In this document: in pieces, positions 59,377 to 64,000 of the stretch | Layout: the number at the start of each line of letters is the position of its first letter | Numbering within the stretch: the stretch's first letter is position 1 | Assembly (NCBI GenBank): GCA_039815185.1 | Contig: JBCBZT010000014.1 | Location: 64,001 to 128,000 of the forward strand | DNA: 64,000 bases | Origin: Cyanobacteria bacterium P01_A01_bin.123 | Lineage (GTDB): Bacteria; Cyanobacteriota; Cyanobacteriia; Phormidesmidales; Phormidesmidaceae | Direction: 5' to 3' | The notes under the pieces: generated by a model | Told to the model about the DNA's origin: nothing | What the model saw: the letters and a program-made list of their open reading frames with translations, nothing else | Database searches by the model: none | Program-made: the position numbers and the translations under genes

Positions 59377-61833
59377 TTAGCTGCGGAGGCTCACCTTGAA
59401 CTGTTTCTCTAAGGCTTCGCGAACTTTTTGGTGCACGGGTTCGACATCATTGTCGGTCAAGGTGCGATCGCTGGCCCGGTAAATCAATCGAAAGGCCAAA
59501 CTGCGCTGTCCTTCGGGGACAGTGTCACCGCGATATTCATCAAATAAGGTTACTGATTCGAGTAACTTGCCCCCGGTTTTGGTGATCAGCCGTTCAAGCT
59601 CGCCCACCGAAACTTCAGTAGGGGCATAGAAGGCAATATCGCGATCGCTGGGGGGAAAGGTCGAATACGACTTAAATACTGTCGCTGCACCGCGCTTGGT
59701 GGGGGCTAAACAGGTCACCATCACTGACCAATCCAGGTCAAACAGGTAGACCTCATCCGGTAGCCCCCGTGACTGGCGCAACTGGGGATGGAGTTGTCCA
59801 AAGGTGCCTAGGCGAGTTCTGCCCCTTACCCAGAGGGAAGCCGTACGTCCTGGGTGCAGCCGCGTGTCTTCGCTGTCGGGGCGAAAGTCTACAGCCAGAC
59901 CAATACGTTGAAACACCGCATCTAAAATGCCTTTGGCTGCATACCAGGTAAGGGGTTGATCTTGACCTGCGCTGACCCATTGACCCGAGCGGCGATCGCC
60001 CCCTATCACCCCACCCAGGGCTTCGGCTTCATGCTGGCCTGACTCATCGACCCAAAAGATATGCCCTATTTCAAACCCGTTGAGGGGGCCGTTACCCTGC
60101 TCCAGGTTGAACTGGAAGGCATCAATTAGACCCGTAATCAAGTCAGCTCGCAGGGCAGAATATTCGGAAAACAGCGGGTTGGCGATCACAACCTGCTTCG
60201 CGTCTAGCGGACGCGTGACTGAATAATGGATGAGCTCGGTTAACCCCGCCCCCCGGAAAGCTTCTCGCACTCGACGGGCTAGGGCTGCTTCTGGGGAAAG
60301 AAAGCCAGCGTCGGCTTCGTTGGGCAGCGTATCAGCGAAGTTGTCATAGCCATAAAGCCGGGCCACTTCTTCAATCAGGTCAATTTCGCGCTCCAAGTCA
60401 CGATAACGGTAAGGGGGGATGCTCACAGTCCACACCCCAGCAGTGTTAGCCTCCGCCTCGCAGCCAAGTTTGGTCAGCACCGTTTCCACATCTGTCGCAG
60501 ACAGTAACGATAACCCCTGGTCTGTTTTGATTGGCCCCAAAATCTCATTCACGCGGGTTAACCGCAGGGTTAAGGTGCGACTCGGGGTGATATGGCCGCT
60601 TTCAGTGCGATCGCTGGCTTGGGTAACTACGGTGGCACCAGCCAAGTCTTGCATCAATTGCAGAGCCCGATTACAGGCAGCTTCGAGTTCTGCCGGATTT
60701 ACCCCCCGTTCATAGCGGGCCGAGGCTTCTGTTCGCAACCCCTGACTGCGGGCCGAGCGCCGAATGGCGGCTGGGTCAAAATAGGCAGCTTCTAGCATCA
60801 CCGTTTGGGTGTCTCCATGCACCTCTGTGTCTTCGCCCCCCATCACCCCAGCCAAAGCAACGGGGATATCGTTCGCGGTAATCAGCAGGGTTTCGGCCTC
60901 GAGTTGGCGCTTTTGGCTGTCAAGGGTGACGAGGGTTTCGTCAGATTTGGCATAACGGACACCCAGCGTTAGTCGGTCGCTTTGGGTCACAGTTAAGAGT
61001 CGATCGCGATCAAACGCGTGGAGAGGCTGGCCCCATTCCAGCAATACATAGTTGGTAATGTCAACGATGTTATTGATCGGCCGAGTCCCTGCTGCCTGGA
61101 GGCGCTGCTGCAACCACAGCGGAGACGGGGTGATCTTGATCTGTGTTAACACGGTGCCCGTGTATATGGGACAGGCTTTGGCATCGCTAAGTGTCACCGA
61201 CAACCCAGTGGCACCATTACCCTCGATTATTGGTGCTGGCGCATCAGGAAGTTTCAGGGTTGCCCCGGTAATTGCACCAACCTCACGGGCAATACCGACC
61301 ATACTGAGAGCATCTGCCCGATTTGCCGTCGATGTCAAATCTAATACCACATCATCCAAGCCCAAATGGGGACGAGCATCTTCTCCCACCGACAGTTCCC
61401 CAGATAGCCCTGCGGGATCAAAAATATGAATTCCCTCAGACTCCTTTGCCAGACCGATCTCAGCCAAGGAACAAATCATCCCGGCTGACGGCACACCCCG
61501 TAGTTCTCGGGCCTTAATTGTCAGATCGACGATAGGCAGATACGTGCCGACCGTAGCCACTGCCACCTGAATCCCAGCTTTTACGTTGGCGGCACCACAG
61601 ACAATACTCGATGGGGTTTCACCACCAATATCCACCTGACAAACGTTCAGCTTATCCGCATTTGGGTGGGGGGTACACTGCAACACTTGCCCAACCACCA
61701 CCCCTGTTGCCCAAGTGCGTCGATCTTCAATGTCTTCAACTTCAAACCCGGCCATGGTTAAGGCATCTGCCAGTGCTTCGGGGGGCAGGTCAAAGTCAAC
61801 CAAGTCTCGCAGCCAGTTGAGAGAGATGCGCAT
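59377..61833 (-). CDS. pheT: Phenylalanyl-tRNA synthetase beta subunit
   Basis: 'HPNADKL', 'IVCGA', 'NRADALS', 'VDITNYV', '[12 protein letters not shown]', FDX-ACB C-terminus. Confidence 0.98.
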   Translation of the reverse strand: MRISLNWLRDLVDFDLPPEALADALTMAGFEVEDIEDRRTWATGVVVGQVLQCTPHPNADKLNVCQVDIGGETPSSIVCGAANVKAGIQVAVATVGTYLPIVDLTIKARELRGVPSAGMICSLAEIGLAKESEGIHIFDPAGLSGELSVGEDARPHLGLDDVVLDLTSTANRADALSMVGIAREVGAITGATLKLPDAPAPIIEGNGATGLSVTLSDAKACPIYTGTVLTQIKITPSPLWLQQRLQAAGTRPINNIVDITNYVLLEWGQPLHAFDRDRLLTVTQSDRLTLGVRYAKSDETLVTLDSQKRQLEAETLLITANDIPVALAGVMGGEDTEVHGDTQTVMLEAAYFDPAAIRRSARSQGLRTEASARYERGVNPAELEAACNRALQLMQDLAGATVVTQASDRTESGHITPSRTLTLRLTRVNEILGPIKTDQGLSLLSATDVETVLTKLGCEAEANTAGVWTVSIPPYRYRDLEREIDLIEEVARLYGYDNFADTLPNEADAGFLSPEAALARRVREAFRGAGLTELIHYSVTRPLDAKQVVIANPLFSEYSALRADLITGLIDAFQFNLEQGNGPLNGFEIGHIFWVDESGQHEAEALGGVIGGDRRSGQWVSAGQDQPLTWYAAKGILDAVFQRIGLAVDFRPDSEDTRLHPGRTASLWVRGRTRLGTFGQLHPQLRQSRGLPDEVYLFDLDWSVMVTCLAPTKRGAATVFKSYSTFPPSDRDIAFYAPTEVSVGELERLITKTGGKLLESVTLFDEYRGDTVPEGQRSLAFRLIYRASDRTLTDNDVEPVHQKVREALEKQFKVSLRS

Positions 61834-62512
61834 TGCGGTGGATCTGAAGATGGGCGAATTTTATTCTACCGCTTTCACTCCATCAAGGGCCGCTAAACTC
61901 AACCCTGGAGGATTAGCATAGACTACGCGCCCAAACCCTAGCTTGCTTGATTAATCGCTGCTGCCCAGTCGTGATCCGCTCCACAGGGTTAAAAAAATTG
62001 AACCCATCGGTAAAACAACTGAGCACATGGGCAAGCTAATCTAGACAGCTTATGTTATCGAGTGATTTAACATCGAGGCCCCAATTAAGACACAGTAATG
62101 GAACCTAATCGTCATATTACCTCACATAAACCCCTGGGTAGAGCTACAGTGATTATCCTGAGAATAGAGCCCTTAGCGCGTAAAACGGTTACAGAGGGGA
62201 GTGGTGATTGAGCCTAGAGAAATAAAGGATTAGCAGGCAGTTTTATCGGAAAAATGCCAAGGCTCAGGATATCTTTAGCAACTCTTTAATACATTTATGG
62301 GGTATATGGCATTACACCCCCCTTCGTTTCGGGGAATAATTGAAGTAACCTAACAATGGTTGGAACCCCCTGGGAGCATCAGCAACAAAGATCTAGGGAA
62401 TCAGCATTGACAAGGTTATTCCTAAGAAACACTTGTTGTGATTTAGATTATTAAAACCGTGGTTATTAGCGGTCAAAAAGTTACCAGCGGTCAAAAAGTT
62501 CAGCGAGGCTGC

Positions 62513-64000
62513 ATGAGTTATTGCATAAACCCAGCCTGTACCCAACCTAAAAATCCACCGTCTGCAAAACAGTGCAACCACTGTGGATCGCCCCTACTTC
62601 TGCGCGATCGCTATCGTATTGCCAGAGCACTTGGGAAAGGGGGGTTTGGGGCAACTTTCCTCGCCAGAGACGAGTCTCTCCCTGGGCGTCCACCTTGTGT
62701 GATCAAGCAGCTTCGGCCTTCGGCAGATGCGCCCCATGTCTTAGACATGGCGCGGGAATTGTTTAGGCGAGAGGCGAAAACTCTGGGTAAAATCGGCAAT
62801 CACCCGCAACTCCCGCGCCTGTTGGACTATTTCGAAAAGGAAAGCGAGTTTTATCTCGTTCAAGAATTTATCAGTGGGCTCACCCTCCAACAAGAGGTCA
62901 AACGAGGGGGGCCCTTCAGCGAAGCTGGGGTTAAGCAGTTCCTCTGTGAAGTTTTGCCGATGATGCAGTACGTGCACAGCCAGGAAGTGATTCACCGGGA
63001 TATCAAGCCCGCCAACCTAATTCGCCGCGACCAAGACAAGAAGCTAGTGCTGATTGATTTTGGGGCCGTCAAGGACAAAATCAACCCAGTTGAAGAAAAT
63101 AACGCCTCTGAACAAACGGCCTTAACGGCCTACGCCATTGGTACCCCAGGCTATGCCCCCCCTGAGCAAATGGCCTTGCGTCCTGTGTACGCTAGCGATA
63201 TTTACGCGATTGGAGTGACCTGCGTTTATTTGCTCACGGCCAAATCCCCCAAAGATTTGGCCTATGACCCCACCACAGGGGAGCTTCTATGGCGCGACAA
63301 GGTTAACATTAGCGACCACTTTGCGACAGTGCTCCAAAAGATGTTGGAGATTTCAGTTCGCCATCGCTATCAGTCTGCCGAGGCTATTTTTCGAGATTTA
63401 GATTTAGAGCCCTATCTAGAAAGTCTGGCTCAAAACATGGCGTTTCCGGTCAATTCATCCGCTAGATCGGGTAGTAATGGCCCCAATAGTGGCCCTGTAA
63501 CCTCTCCCAGCAGTGAGTTAACGTCTCCTTCTTCCCCGTCGTCTCGGATGGCTGAGGCGATTCGCGCCCGGCGCGCCCGTGCAGCCTCGAAGTCTTCAGC
63601 TACAGGGACTGGCCTCGGGCCTTCTGGGACTCGCATCGGCATGCCGATGTCTCGGAATGGAGCCAGCGAACAGAATACCGTTGGTCAACGAGGGCGCCAG
63701 AAAACCCTGACGGCAGAGGATGTCCAAATTGCCTACACAAAGGGTCGGCGAGATTTTTCCATGCAGACGCTGACACTGCTCAATTTTCAGCGCACGATGT
63801 TGGCGGATGCAAACTTTGCCCAGTCTAAGCTGCATAAAGCCAATTTTCAGGAGGCTGATTTAGCTAAGGCAAACTTTGGGCGAGCAAATTTGACCCAGGC
63901 GAGTCTGAAAAATGCCCAGTTGGGGCGGGCTTACTTCAGCTATGCCAATCTAGAAGGGGCAGATTTGCGAGGCGCAAATCTAAATTATGCTTGCCTCACC
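62513..64000 (+). CDS. spkB: Ser/Thr protein kinase with N-terminal 4-Cys Zn ribbon and C-terminal pentapeptide repeats (SpkB-like), 3'-truncated; absent from the ORF track
   Basis: Manual translation: MSYCINPAC...CNHCG, GKGGFG, VIKQL, HRDIKPAN, DFG, GTPGYAPPEQ, then A(D/N)LXX repeats to the window end. Confidence 0.88.
   Translation, partial: MSYCINPACTQPKNPPSAKQCNHCGSPLLLRDRYRIARALGKGGFGATFLARDESLPGRPPCVIKQLRPSADAPHVLDMARELFRREAKTLGKIGNHPQLPRLLDYFEKESEFYLVQEFISGLTLQQEVKRGGPFSEAGVKQFLCEVLPMMQYVHSQEVIHRDIKPANLIRRDQDKKLVLIDFGAVKDKINPVEENNASEQTALTAYAIGTPGYAPPEQMALRPVYASDIYAIGVTCVYLLTAKSPKDLAYDPTTGELLWRDKVNISDHFATVLQKMLEISVRHRYQSAEAIFRDLDLEPYLESLAQNMAFPVNSSARSGSNGPNSGPVTSPSSELTSPSSPSSRMAEAIRARRARAASKSSATGTGLGPSGTRIGMPMSRNGASEQNTVGQRGRQKTLTAEDVQIAYTKGRRDFSMQTLTLLNFQRTMLADANFAQSKLHKANFQEADLAKANFGRANLTQASLKNAQLGRAYFSYANLEGADLRGANLNYACLT

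Noticed and set aside
62572..63835. Small ORFs listed in the track at the window end
   Set aside because: Shadows of the unlisted kinase ORF starting at 62513

Overview
A 64-kb chromosomal segment from a filamentous cyanobacterium, probably Leptolyngbya/Nodosilinea-like. The evidence is frequent HIP1 GCGATCGC octamers plus ndhS, hpsE-like and SpkB-like genes. Housekeeping genes include pheT, gnd, adk, recQ, udg, mazG, glcE/glcF, cobH, cbiET, a phosphoketolase-like gene and tRNA-Val(TAC). They are interleaved with accessory modules: (i) a MacAB-type exporter, a serine hydrolase and a PvdE/SyrD-type peptide exporter; (ii) a 2535-aa Ser/Thr kinase-AAA-GAF/PAS-GGDEF-EAL protein; (iii) an NhaC-USP pair divergent from a plant-type threonine synthase; (iv) an ECF sigma, anti-sigma and VKOR-thioredoxin run; (v) a minus-strand polysaccharide cluster. 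The best candidate for an undescribed system is (v). It starts with an HpsE-type GT2 glycosyltransferase fused to a catalytically degenerate EAL domain (a putative c-di-GMP-gated glycosyltransferase), followed by a phosphodiesterase-family enzyme, a GT4 and an AT-rich block of three sulfotransferase-like genes. Also noted: integron attC-like half-sites at the ends of HIP1-free genes, a MITE, REP-like palindromes and an interleaved double inverted repeat. All calls come from motif recognition by eye; no database searches were run. No CRISPR array, rRNA, integrase or transposase was seen.
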